Assembly: GCA_005889515.1 (NCBI GenBank)
Contig: VBHE01000028.1
Location: 1 to 27,913, forward strand
Direction of reading: 5' to 3'
DNA length: 27,913 nucleotides
Source of the DNA: Chloroflexota bacterium
GTDB lineage: Bacteria; Chloroflexota; Dormibacteria; Aeolococcales; Aeolococcaceae
The notes under the pieces were generated by a model that ran no database searches, had not been told where the DNA came from, and worked only from the letters and a program-made list of their open reading frames with translations. Both the position numbers and the translations under genes were made by a program. This document shows positions 19,085-26,191 of the stretch, in pieces. Every line of letters starts with the position of its first letter. The first letter of the stretch is position 1.

Positions 19085-19879
19085 ATGGGACGGGCGGCAC
19101 CCAGGTTCGCGGCGATCGCGCTGCCGCTGCTCCTCCTCGCCGGCGCCGTGCCCGCCCGGGCGGCGGAGCCGGCCGGCCTCGCCTACGCCGCGCTCGGCGA
19201 CTCCTACGTCGCCGGCAACGGCTCGGGGAACGAGGACGGGACCTCCTGCCGCCGCTCCGCGAACGCCTACCCGCCGCAGTTCGCGCGGACCAGCGGTCGC
19301 TACGCGCTCAGCGACTTCGCCGCGTGCAGCGGCGCCACCATCGCCGCCGTCGAGCAGTCCCAGCTGGGGGCGGTCGCGCCGGCGCGGCTGGTGACCGTGC
19401 TCGTGGGCGGCAACGACGCACGTTTCAGGGACATCCTCGTCGACTGCCTGCGGCCGGGCTCCGCCTGCCGCGGCGACTTCCCCGACGAGGACCAGCGCAT
19501 CGACTCCCTCGCCGGCCCGCTCCACCGGCTCTACGGCGAGGTCGTCACCGCCGCCCCCACCGCCGAGCTGGTGGTGATGACGTACCCGCAGATCTTCCGC
19601 CCGGGGGGCACCTGCGAGTCCACCTGGACGCTCAGCCGAGAGGACGTGGACTGGTTCCGCTCCGAGTACACCCACATGAACGCGGTGATCCGCCAGGCGG
19701 CGCAGGGGGTCCCGCGCACCCGGGTGCTCGACGTCGAGGGCGCGCTCGCCGGTCACGAGCTCTGCACCCCACAGGAGTGGGCCTTCGGCGGGCGCTGGCG
19801 CGACCCGTACACCAGCTTCCATCCCAACGCCCTCGGGCACGCGGCGATGGCCGCGCGGCTGCGCGCGACGGCGCCCTGA
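19085..19879 (+). CDS. Secreted SGNH/GDSL-family lipase/esterase, 264 aa
   Basis: Signal peptide ending PARA-A, block I LGDSY, ACSGA, block III GGNDA, block V SFHPN and paired cysteines; GAGGAGG RBS. Confidence 0.88.
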   Translation: MGRAAPRFAAIALPLLLLAGAVPARAAEPAGLAYAALGDSYVAGNGSGNEDGTSCRRSANAYPPQFARTSGRYALSDFAACSGATIAAVEQSQLGAVAPARLVTVLVGGNDARFRDILVDCLRPGSACRGDFPDEDQRIDSLAGPLHRLYGEVVTAAPTAELVVMTYPQIFRPGGTCESTWTLSREDVDWFRSEYTHMNAVIRQAAQGVPRTRVLDVEGALAGHELCTPQEWAFGGRWRDPYTSFHPNALGHAAMAARLRATAP

Positions 19880-19906
19880 GCAGCCCGGTCCGTACACTCG
19901 GCCCTC

Positions 19907-20560
19907 ATGACCGATACGCTGCGCGACCTCGTCCAGCTGTCCATCGTCGTCGACCCGACCTACGACCAGAACTGCTACGTGCTGCGCCGCCGCGACGCCC
20001 GCTCGGTGCTCGTGCTCGACCCCGGGCTGCAGCACCCCCGCACCCTGGAGCTGCTCGAGCGCGAGGGGCTGACCTGCGAGCGCATCCTGCTCACCCACGG
20101 GCATCCGGACCACGTCAACGGGGTGCCCGCGGTGAAGAGCGCGCACGGCTGCGAGGCCGCCATCCACGCCGACGACCGGCCACTGCTCGAGTGGGCGTCG
20201 CGGCTCCCCGGCATCCCCGCCGACCTGCCGCCGGTCGTCTGCGAGGCCGACCTGACGCCGGGCGAGACCATCCGCTGGCGGGACCTCGACATCCGGGTGC
20301 TCCACACCCCCGGGCATACGCCCGGATCGGTCTGCCTTCTCGTCGGTCCCGACCTCATCGCCGGCGACACCCTCTTCCAGCGCAGCGTCGGCCGCACCGA
20401 CCTCCCCGGCGGCGACTGGGACACCCTGATGTTCTCGATCGAGAACACCATCTACGCGCTCCCGCCGGAGACCCGCGTCTATCCGGGCCACGGGCCGAGC
20501 ACCACCGTCCGCGAGGAGATGCGCCACAACCCCTTCGTGGTGCATCCCCGCTACCGCTGA
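19907..20560 (+). CDS. Metallo-beta-lactamase-fold hydrolase (glyoxalase II/YcbL-like), 217 aa
   Basis: THGHPDH, TPGHTPGS, GDTLF..SVGRTDLPGGD and YPGHG. TACACT lies 8 nt before the ATG. Confidence 0.9.
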   Translation: MTDTLRDLVQLSIVVDPTYDQNCYVLRRRDARSVLVLDPGLQHPRTLELLEREGLTCERILLTHGHPDHVNGVPAVKSAHGCEAAIHADDRPLLEWASRLPGIPADLPPVVCEADLTPGETIRWRDLDIRVLHTPGHTPGSVCLLVGPDLIAGDTLFQRSVGRTDLPGGDWDTLMFSIENTIYALPPETRVYPGHGPSTTVREEMRHNPFVVHPRYR

Positions 20561-21132
20561 GCCGCCACCTCGCGCGGGGCGCGGAGCCGTCCCAGCAGGT
20601 CGTGGAGCACCGCGGCGGTCGCCCCCCAGATGACCTGGCCGCGGGCCTCGTAGAAGTGCACGGGCGGGCGCTCCTCCATCCCCGGGATGACCCGGCTGGT
20701 GAGCGGCGCCTCGAGCAGCTCGGCGATGGGGATGCGGAACCAGGTCGCCACCTCGTAGCCGTCAGCGACGGGGACGACGTCGCTACGCTGCCGGCCGACG
20801 ACGGGGAGGAGGCTGCGCTCGGAGCCGCGGGTCCAGACCATGGTGAGGAGACCGAGGGGCTCGACCGACTCCGGGGGGATCGCCATCTCCTCGCGGGCCT
20901 CGCGCAGCGCGGCGTCGACGACGCTCGCGTCACCGGGCTCGACGCCGCCGCCGGGAAAGGCGACCTGCCCGCGGTGGGTCGAGACCTGCCGGGTGCGGCG
21001 GATGAAGAGCAGTGGCAGCCCCGGGTCGGTGGGATCGAGGAGGAGGAGGACCGCCGCGGAGATCTCCGGGGGCACCCCCGCTCCCGGAGCCGGCAGCGGA
21101 TCGAGGGCGACGCGCAGGCGGTCCAGGAGCAT
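20551..21132 (-). CDS. Nudix hydrolase of the CoA-pyrophosphatase (NudL/Pcd1) type, 193 aa
   Basis: ATG 21132. AAVLLLL, FIRR...HRGQVAFPGG, Nudix box AALREAREEM and IWGATA. Confidence 0.88.
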   Translation of the reverse strand: MLLDRLRVALDPLPAPGAGVPPEISAAVLLLLDPTDPGLPLLFIRRTRQVSTHRGQVAFPGGGVEPGDASVVDAALREAREEMAIPPESVEPLGLLTMVWTRGSERSLLPVVGRQRSDVVPVADGYEVATWFRIPIAELLEAPLTSRVIPGMEERPPVHFYEARGQVIWGATAAVLHDLLGRLRAPREVAAQR

Positions 21133-21154
21133 CGCCCCAGTATTCCAGCGGGAG

Positions 21155-21361
21155 CTATGCCAGCTGCAGCGCCATCTCCAGGCGGCCCATCGCGTCGGCG
21201 TGGCGGAGGGCGGTGGTGACCAGGACGCTGTAGTCCCGGAGGCGGCGGTAGCGGGCGGTGGCGGCGTCCTCGGTCGCGTCGACCAGCGTCTGCAGCTGCT
21301 CGGGACCGGGGTGATCGACGACGGAGAGTCCACCCTGCATCCGGCTCACTTCCCTTTCCAT
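21155..21361 (-). CDS. Small hypothetical helical protein, 68 aa
   Basis: GAGGAG RBS 9 nt before ATG 21361; MEREVSRMQGGLSVVDHPGPEQLQTLVDATEDAATARYRRLRDYSVLVTTALRHADAMGRLEMALQLA. It lies 22 nt upstream of the Nudix gene. Confidence 0.55.
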   Translation of the reverse strand: MEREVSRMQGGLSVVDHPGPEQLQTLVDATEDAATARYRRLRDYSVLVTTALRHADAMGRLEMALQLA

Positions 21362-21445
21362 TGCCCCATACTCCTCGGCGACCGGGTCCCTCGCGGGTCT
21401 CGCCGTCGCCGTGACCCCATCGTCCTCGCGGCACCCTTTCAGGAA

Positions 21446-21556
21446 GGTGACGGCGCCGCCGAACCCCGGTCGCGGAGGGTGACGTTCGATGGCGAACGCG
21501 ACACGGGGCGGTGACGGAGCCGTCGCGGCTGACGCAGCCCGGCCAAACCCGTCACC
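21446..21556. repeat. Three direct GGTGACG copies at a 32-bp period plus one inverted copy
   Basis: GGTGACG at 21446, 21478 and 21510; CGTCACC at 21550-21556. All are in the intergenic gap between divergent small genes. Confidence 0.6.
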
Positions 21557-21565
21557 CTTTCGCTC

Positions 21566-21871
21566 GTGAACCGCACCAACCCGGGCGCGCTCGACGCGCT
21601 CCCCGCCAACCGTTCCTGCCGCCTCTGCGGCGCGGCCACCCGCTTCTCCCACACCGCCTACGAGCGTGCCGGGGTGAGCGTGGCGCTCTACGTCTGCAGC
21701 TCCTGTGGCACCTCCTTCCGCGGCGGCCGGCGCGGCGGCGACGACCAGCCGGTCCCGGCCCGCAACGGCGGTCGCGAGCGCAGGCGGCCGGCGATCGACG
21801 AGGGACCGCCCGTCAACCCCGTCCTCGACGAGGCGACGGCGCGGATGCTGCGCGAGGCTCTCGGCCAGTAG
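21566..21871 (+). CDS. Hypothetical zinc-ribbon protein, 101 aa
   Basis: CRLC...CSSC pair and a C-terminal PPVNPVLDEATARMLREALG segment. GTG start with no obvious SD. Confidence 0.6.
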   Translation: MNRTNPGALDALPANRSCRLCGAATRFSHTAYERAGVSVALYVCSSCGTSFRGGRRGGDDQPVPARNGGRERRRPAIDEGPPVNPVLDEATARMLREALGQ

Positions 21872-21881
21872 CTCGCCGCCG

Positions 21882-22685
21882 TCAGCCGGTCCGTGCGACC
21901 GCGGCGTCGCCGGTCTGGCGCTCGAACCAGTCGGCGATGCGCGGCTCGAGCTCGTCGCGGTCGATGTCCACGCTCATGGCGTGGCCGCTGCGTGGGTAGA
22001 TGCCCACCTCGACCTCGCGGCTGCAGACCAGCCGGCGCCTGATGTCCGCCGCGTTGCGGGGATCCACGGTGCGGTCGCGGCCGCCGTGGAGCAGCAGGAC
22101 CGGTTGGCGCACCATCGGGAGGTCGCCGCGGACGTGGTGGAGCAGGCGGGTCAGCTCGTGGATCGAACGGGTGGAGCGCCGGCCGTAGGAGTGCAGCTCG
22201 TTCACCGCCTCGGGCACGTACAGGTCGACGTCGTCGGGGTCGGGGGTGTGCCAGCGCTGCACGTACTTGGCCGCGAAGATGATCTTCAGCCGCCAGTCGG
22301 TGAGCCAGATCGGCGCCGCGAGTGTCGCCACCGCGGCGATCCGGGTGTCGTGGGCGGCGAGGTGGAGCGCGAGGGCGCCGCCCATCGACTGTCCCGCGAC
22401 CACGACCGGGTCGCAGTCGGCGGCGACGCGGTCGACCGTCTCGGCGGCAGAGCGCGCCCAGTCCTGCCAGCGGGTGCCCGCGAAGTCCTCCGGGGTGGTG
22501 CCGTGGCCGGCGAGCAGCGGTCCCTCGACCCGCCATCCGTGGGCGGCGAGGTGCTCGCCGAGACGGCGCAGCTCCGGTGGGGTGCCGGCGAAGCCATGGA
22601 GCAGCACCGCGCCGCGGTGGCCCGATCCCAGCCGCCACGGCTTGATCGCCTCGGGGTCGAACGGGTGCTGCGAGCGGGCGGTCAT
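21882..22685 (-). CDS. Alpha/beta-hydrolase carboxylesterase (Est30/YvaK-like), 267 aa
   Basis: VLLHGFAGTP, GPLLAGHGT, nucleophile GQSMGG, HGGRDRTV (Asp) and SGHAMSVD (His). TATACT lies 7 nt before the ATG. Confidence 0.9.
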   Translation of the reverse strand: MTARSQHPFDPEAIKPWRLGSGHRGAVLLHGFAGTPPELRRLGEHLAAHGWRVEGPLLAGHGTTPEDFAGTRWQDWARSAAETVDRVAADCDPVVVAGQSMGGALALHLAAHDTRIAAVATLAAPIWLTDWRLKIIFAAKYVQRWHTPDPDDVDLYVPEAVNELHSYGRRSTRSIHELTRLLHHVRGDLPMVRQPVLLLHGGRDRTVDPRNAADIRRRLVCSREVEVGIYPRSGHAMSVDIDRDELEPRIADWFERQTGDAAVARTG

Positions 22686-22753
22686 CGGCGGGAGTATAGG
22701 AAGGACGGGCCCGAGGTCCGCGGACGCCGCCGACCTGCTACCGTCCGGCGGCG

Positions 22754-23842
22754 ATGACCGAGGCCAAGTCGCTCATGCGCGAGGCGCTCGAGCGGCTCGT
22801 CCGCGGAGAGCATCTGGACGTCGCGACGGCACGGTCGGTCATGGACCGGGTGATGGAGGGGAGCGCCACACCGGCGCAGATCGGTGCCCTCCTCGCGGCC
22901 CTGCGCATCCGCGGCGAGACCGTCGACGAGCTCACCGGCATGGTGATGTCGATGCGCGACCACGCGGTGCGCGTCGACCTCGGCGTCGACGCCGTCGACA
23001 CCTGTGGCACCGGCGGTGACGGCAGCGGCACCTTCAACATCTCGACCGCCGCGGCATTCGTCGTCGCCGGCGCCGGCTGCCCGGTGGCCAAGCACGGCAA
23101 CCGGGCGGCGTCGAGCCGCTGCGGCAGCGCAGACGTCCTCGAGGAGCTCGGCGTCGCGATCGCGCTGAGCCCGGACGGGGTGCGCTCCTGCGTCGAGGAG
23201 GTGGGGATCGGCTTCCTCTTCGCGCCCGCATTCCACCCGGCGATGCGCCATGCGGCGGCGCCACGCAGCGAGCTCGGCATCCGCACCGCCTTCAACATCC
23301 TCGGACCGCTCGCCAACCCGGCGCGGGTGCCGTACCAGTCCCTGGGGGTCGGCGACCCGGCGCTCGCCGCCAGGATGGCGGGCGTGCTCCGCGGCCTCGG
23401 ACATCGCCACGCGATCGTCTTCGCCGGGCCCGGCGGCATCGACGAGCTCGCTCTCCACGGCCCCGCCCGCTGCATCGAGGTGAGCGCCGCGGGGCTGCGC
23501 GAGTTCGAGCTCGACCCCGCCGCACTCGGGTTGCGCCCGGCGCCGCTCGAGGCGCTGCGCGGCGGCGACGCCCACGAGAACGCCGCCCGCCTGCGCGCGG
23601 TGCTCGACGGCGCGCCCGGCCCGGCGCGCGACGTGGTGGCGCTCAACGCCGCCGCGGCGCTCTGGGCGGCGGAGCGTGCGGCGGACATCGGCGAGGGCCT
23701 GGAGCGCGCCGGCGAGTCGATCGACGGCGGCGGCGCCCGGCGCTGCCTCGACGGGCTCGTCGCCGCGTCGACGGCGGCGCGGGAGCGCGACGCGCGGCCG
23801 CGTCCGAAGCCGGCACCCGCCGCCGGTGGGGCGGGCGGATGA
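22754..23842 (+). CDS. trpD: Anthranilate phosphoribosyltransferase, 362 aa
   Basis: DTCGTGGDGSGTFNISTAAAFVVAG, AKHGNRAASS..GSADVLE, FLFAPAFHPAM, RTAFNILGPLANP and GIDE. Confidence 0.95.
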   Translation: MTEAKSLMREALERLVRGEHLDVATARSVMDRVMEGSATPAQIGALLAALRIRGETVDELTGMVMSMRDHAVRVDLGVDAVDTCGTGGDGSGTFNISTAAAFVVAGAGCPVAKHGNRAASSRCGSADVLEELGVAIALSPDGVRSCVEEVGIGFLFAPAFHPAMRHAAAPRSELGIRTAFNILGPLANPARVPYQSLGVGDPALAARMAGVLRGLGHRHAIVFAGPGGIDELALHGPARCIEVSAAGLREFELDPAALGLRPAPLEALRGGDAHENAARLRAVLDGAPGPARDVVALNAAAALWAAERAADIGEGLERAGESIDGGGARRCLDGLVAASTAARERDARPRPKPAPAAGGAGG

Positions 23843-24318
23843 CCACCCCAGGGCTGCCCCGCCGGCTGCGCGGGCTGCTCGACGTGCTCCCCGAGGCCGA
23901 CACCGTCGCCGACGTCGCCGCCGGGCACGGCCGGCTCGCGGTCCACCTCGCCGCCCGCTCGCGGCGGGTCATCGCCACCGAGGCGACCGACGGTCCCTAC
24001 GCCGAGCTCTGTCGCAACCTCGCCCGCTGGGAGGCGACCGGCCGGGTCGAGGCGCGCCGCGGCGACGGCCTCGAGCCTCTCGCCGCCGGCGAGGTCGAGG
24101 GCGTCGTCGTCGCCGGGCTCGGGGCCCGGCGGCTGACCCGGATCGCCGCCCAGGCGCCCGGCCGCGGCGTGCGCTGGCTGGCGCTGCAGTGCGTCCAGCA
24201 CCCCGAGGAGCTCTCCGCCTGGGTGCGCGCCGCCGGCTGGCGGGTCGTGGTCGAGACCGCCTGCGAGCAGCGCGGCCGTCTCTACTCGACCTGGGTGCTC
24301 GAGGTCGCCGAGCGGTGA
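23839..24318 (+). CDS. Class I SAM methyltransferase, TrmK (tRNA m1A22)-like, short form of 159 aa
   Basis: VADVAAGHGRL, GDGLEPL, VVVAGLGA, LALQ and ..RGRLY match the TrmK N-terminal domain pattern. The C-terminal coiled coil is absent. ATGA overlap with trpD. Confidence 0.72.
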   Translation: MTTPGLPRRLRGLLDVLPEADTVADVAAGHGRLAVHLAARSRRVIATEATDGPYAELCRNLARWEATGRVEARRGDGLEPLAAGEVEGVVVAGLGARRLTRIAAQAPGRGVRWLALQCVQHPEELSAWVRAAGWRVVVETACEQRGRLYSTWVLEVAER

Positions 24319-25007
24319 GCACCGGCGCGATGCTCGAGCTCCAGGACCTCGACGACCTCCTCGCCGCGCGGCGCCAGGCGGCGCGGGCGGTCGAAGCCCG
24401 GATCGCGGGCTCGCCGGAGCTCGACGCGGCGCGGGCGCGGGCGGCCGAGCTCGGCGCGGAGGAGCGCACGCTCGAGGAGCGGGTCGCCGCCGCCGATCGC
24501 CACGCCGCCGCGCTCCGCGCCCGGGTGAAGGTCATCGACCGTCAGCTCTATGGCGGCAGCGTGCGCAACCCCCAGGACCTGCTCATCCTCCAGCGCGAGC
24601 TCGCCGAGGTGCGTGAGCGCCTCTCCGAGGCCGACGACGCCGAGCTGGGGCTGATGGAGGAGGGGGAGGCCGTCGCCGCCGCCGCCCGGGACGCGGCCGC
24701 GGCCGTCGCCGTCATCGAGGGCGAGCGCAGCGCCGCCGCCGGCGACGAGCGGGAGCGCCTCGAGGCGTTGCGCGCGGAGATCTCCCGGCTGGAGAGGGAC
24801 CGCGCCGCGGTCGCCGGGGCGCTCCCACCCGCCGAGCTCGCCCTCTACACCCGCCTCGCCACCCGGCTCCATCCGGCGGTGGCGCGGCTCCAGGGCGACT
24901 CCTGCGGCGGCTGCCACCTCCCCCTCGCGGTCCGTGAGGTGCGCGCCAGCCGGGCGGGTGGGGAGCTGGTGCAGTGCTCGAACTGCGATCGCGTGGTGGT
25001 GCGGTGA
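24315..25007 (+). CDS. DUF164-type coiled-coil protein with a C4 zinc ribbon, 230 aa
   Basis: LELQDLD, LYGGSVRNPQDL..LQREL, a long coiled coil and CGGC...CSNCDRVV. GTGA overlap with the upstream gene (alternative ATG 24330). Confidence 0.88.
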   Translation: MSTGAMLELQDLDDLLAARRQAARAVEARIAGSPELDAARARAAELGAEERTLEERVAAADRHAAALRARVKVIDRQLYGGSVRNPQDLLILQRELAEVRERLSEADDAELGLMEEGEAVAAAARDAAAAVAVIEGERSAAAGDERERLEALRAEISRLERDRAAVAGALPPAELALYTRLATRLHPAVARLQGDSCGGCHLPLAVREVRASRAGGELVQCSNCDRVVVR

Positions 25008-25468
25008 GGGTGGAGGAGGGGCAGCTCCGCCTCGATGTCGCCGTCCCGGTCCGGACGGTGGTCGCCTACACCGACGGCGCCTGCTCGGGCAACCCCGGCG
25101 CGGGCGCCTGGGCCTACCGGCTGGAGTGGCCGGACGGCGCCGTCGAGGAGCGGGCCGCGGCCGAGCCGATGACGACGAACAACCGCGAGGAGCTCAAGGC
25201 GGTCCGCGAGGCGCTCCGCGCGGTGCGACGGCGGATCGGCGACGACCCCGGGTGGCGGGTGCTCGTGCGCACCGACAGCATGGGGGTGATCAACTGGCTG
25301 CAGGGGCGGTGGAAGCGGAACAAGAACCTCGACCTGTTCCCCACCATCGACCCGCTCGTCGACGGCCGGGTCCGCTTCGAGCACGTCCGCGGCCACAGCG
25401 GCGACCCCGGCAACGACCGCGTCGACCGCCTTGCGGTCGCCGCCTACGAGGAGCTCCTCGGCCGCTAG
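25004..25468 (+). CDS. rnhA: Ribonuclease HI, 154 aa
   Basis: YTDGACSGNPGAG, TTNNREEL, RTDS, W...W and HVRGHSGDPGNDRVDRLA supply the D-E-D-D catalytic set. GTGA overlap with the upstream gene. Confidence 0.92.
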   Translation: MRVEEGQLRLDVAVPVRTVVAYTDGACSGNPGAGAWAYRLEWPDGAVEERAAAEPMTTNNREELKAVREALRAVRRRIGDDPGWRVLVRTDSMGVINWLQGRWKRNKNLDLFPTIDPLVDGRVRFEHVRGHSGDPGNDRVDRLAVAAYEELLGR

Positions 25469-25478
25469 CCGTCCGGGC

Positions 25479-25589
25479 TCAGAAGAGCCGGCGCAGCACC
25501 CTGGCGACACGGGACGCGAGGCCTCCGGCGGTGTGCCGGCGCGCCTCGACGTTCTTCAGCTCCAGACGGAGCCACTCCTGGTCGGTCAT
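25479..25589 (-). CDS. 36-aa microprotein (absent from the ORF track)
   Basis: AAGGAGGGCAGGAG directly before ATG 25589; MTDQEWLRLELKNVEARRHTAGGLASRVARVLRRLF* with TGA at 25481-25479. GC3 is high and it has its own TTGCGT-17-TACGAT promoter. Confidence 0.62.
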   Translation of the reverse strand: MTDQEWLRLELKNVEARRHTAGGLASRVARVLRRLF

Positions 25590-25628
25590 CTCCTGCCCTC
25601 CTTGGGCGCTGAGCCGGTCCCCCAGCTC

Positions 25629-25692
25629 TCGTTGCGTTACGCAACGATCGTACCAGAGAAGGTTGCATCACGCAACGCTCACGAGGTAGGCT
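25629..25692. promoter_or_regulatory. Divergent promoter pair with two GTTGC-N5-GCAAC palindromes (probable HxlR operators)
   Basis: TCGTTGCGT-t-ACGCAACGA (25629-25647, perfect) and GTTGCATCACGCAAC (25662-25676), centres 31 bp apart. Plus strand: TTGCAT-18-TAGGCT-6-ATG 25699. Minus strand: TTGCGT-17-TACGAT. Confidence 0.78.
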
Positions 25693-25698
25693 GACCTC

Positions 25699-26190
25699 AT
25701 GCTCGAGCGCACCTACGACGCCGAGGTCTGCTCGGTCGCCCGCGCCCTCGAGGTCGTCGGGGAGCGCTGGACGCTGCTCATCGTCCGCGACGCCTTCCAC
25801 GGGGTGCGCCGCTTCGAGGACTTCCAGCGCCGGCTGGGGCTGGCCCGCAATGTCCTCACCGACCGGCTCCAGCGGCTCTGTGCGCTCGGCGTCTTCGAGC
25901 GCGTCCGCTACCAGGAGCGACCCGGGCGCCACGAGTACCGCCTGACCGACATGGGGCGCGACCTCTGGCCGGTGATCATCGCGCTGCGTGCCTGGGGCGA
26001 CCGGCACATGGCACCGGCGGGCCCTCCGGTGCGCCTCGAGCACCGCGGCTGCGGCGGGCGGGTCGAGCAGCAGGTGGTCTGCGCCGACTGCGGCGAGCCC
26101 CTGCGGGCGCGCGACTCCGAGATCCTCCCCGGCCCGGGCGCCCCGCCGTCCCCACCGGCGATCCCGGTGGGAGCGGGCGCGGCCGGTTGA
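25699..26190 (+). CDS. HxlR-family winged-helix transcriptional regulator, 163 aa
   Basis: CSVARALEVVGERWTLLIVRDA, RRFEDFQRRLGLARNVLTDRL and EYRLTDMGRDL..VIIALRAWGD, with a C-terminal HRGCG...CADCG. Confidence 0.93.
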   Translation: MLERTYDAEVCSVARALEVVGERWTLLIVRDAFHGVRRFEDFQRRLGLARNVLTDRLQRLCALGVFERVRYQERPGRHEYRLTDMGRDLWPVIIALRAWGDRHMAPAGPPVRLEHRGCGGRVEQQVVCADCGEPLRARDSEILPGPGAPPSPPAIPVGAGAAG

Positions 26191-26191
26191 G

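Noticed and set aside
16416-19100. 894-aa antisense ORF opposite lon (also 11063..13045 opposite typA, 13860..14675 opposite htrA and 25976..27385 opposite the MFS gene)
   Set aside because: These are shadow ORFs. High GC3 on the sense strand removes stop codons from the exact antisense frame. They have no family motifs, RBS or promoter.
21446-21516. 32-bp periodic repeats as a mini-CRISPR or iteron array
   Set aside because: The repeat is only 7 nt, far shorter than CRISPR repeats or iterons, and no cas or rep gene is nearby.
21480-21565. Resemblance of GACGCAGCCCGGCCAAACC to a c-di-GMP-I riboswitch
   Set aside because: The conserved GCAAA and GNRA/receptor elements and the P2 architecture are missing. 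An Rfam search would settle it.
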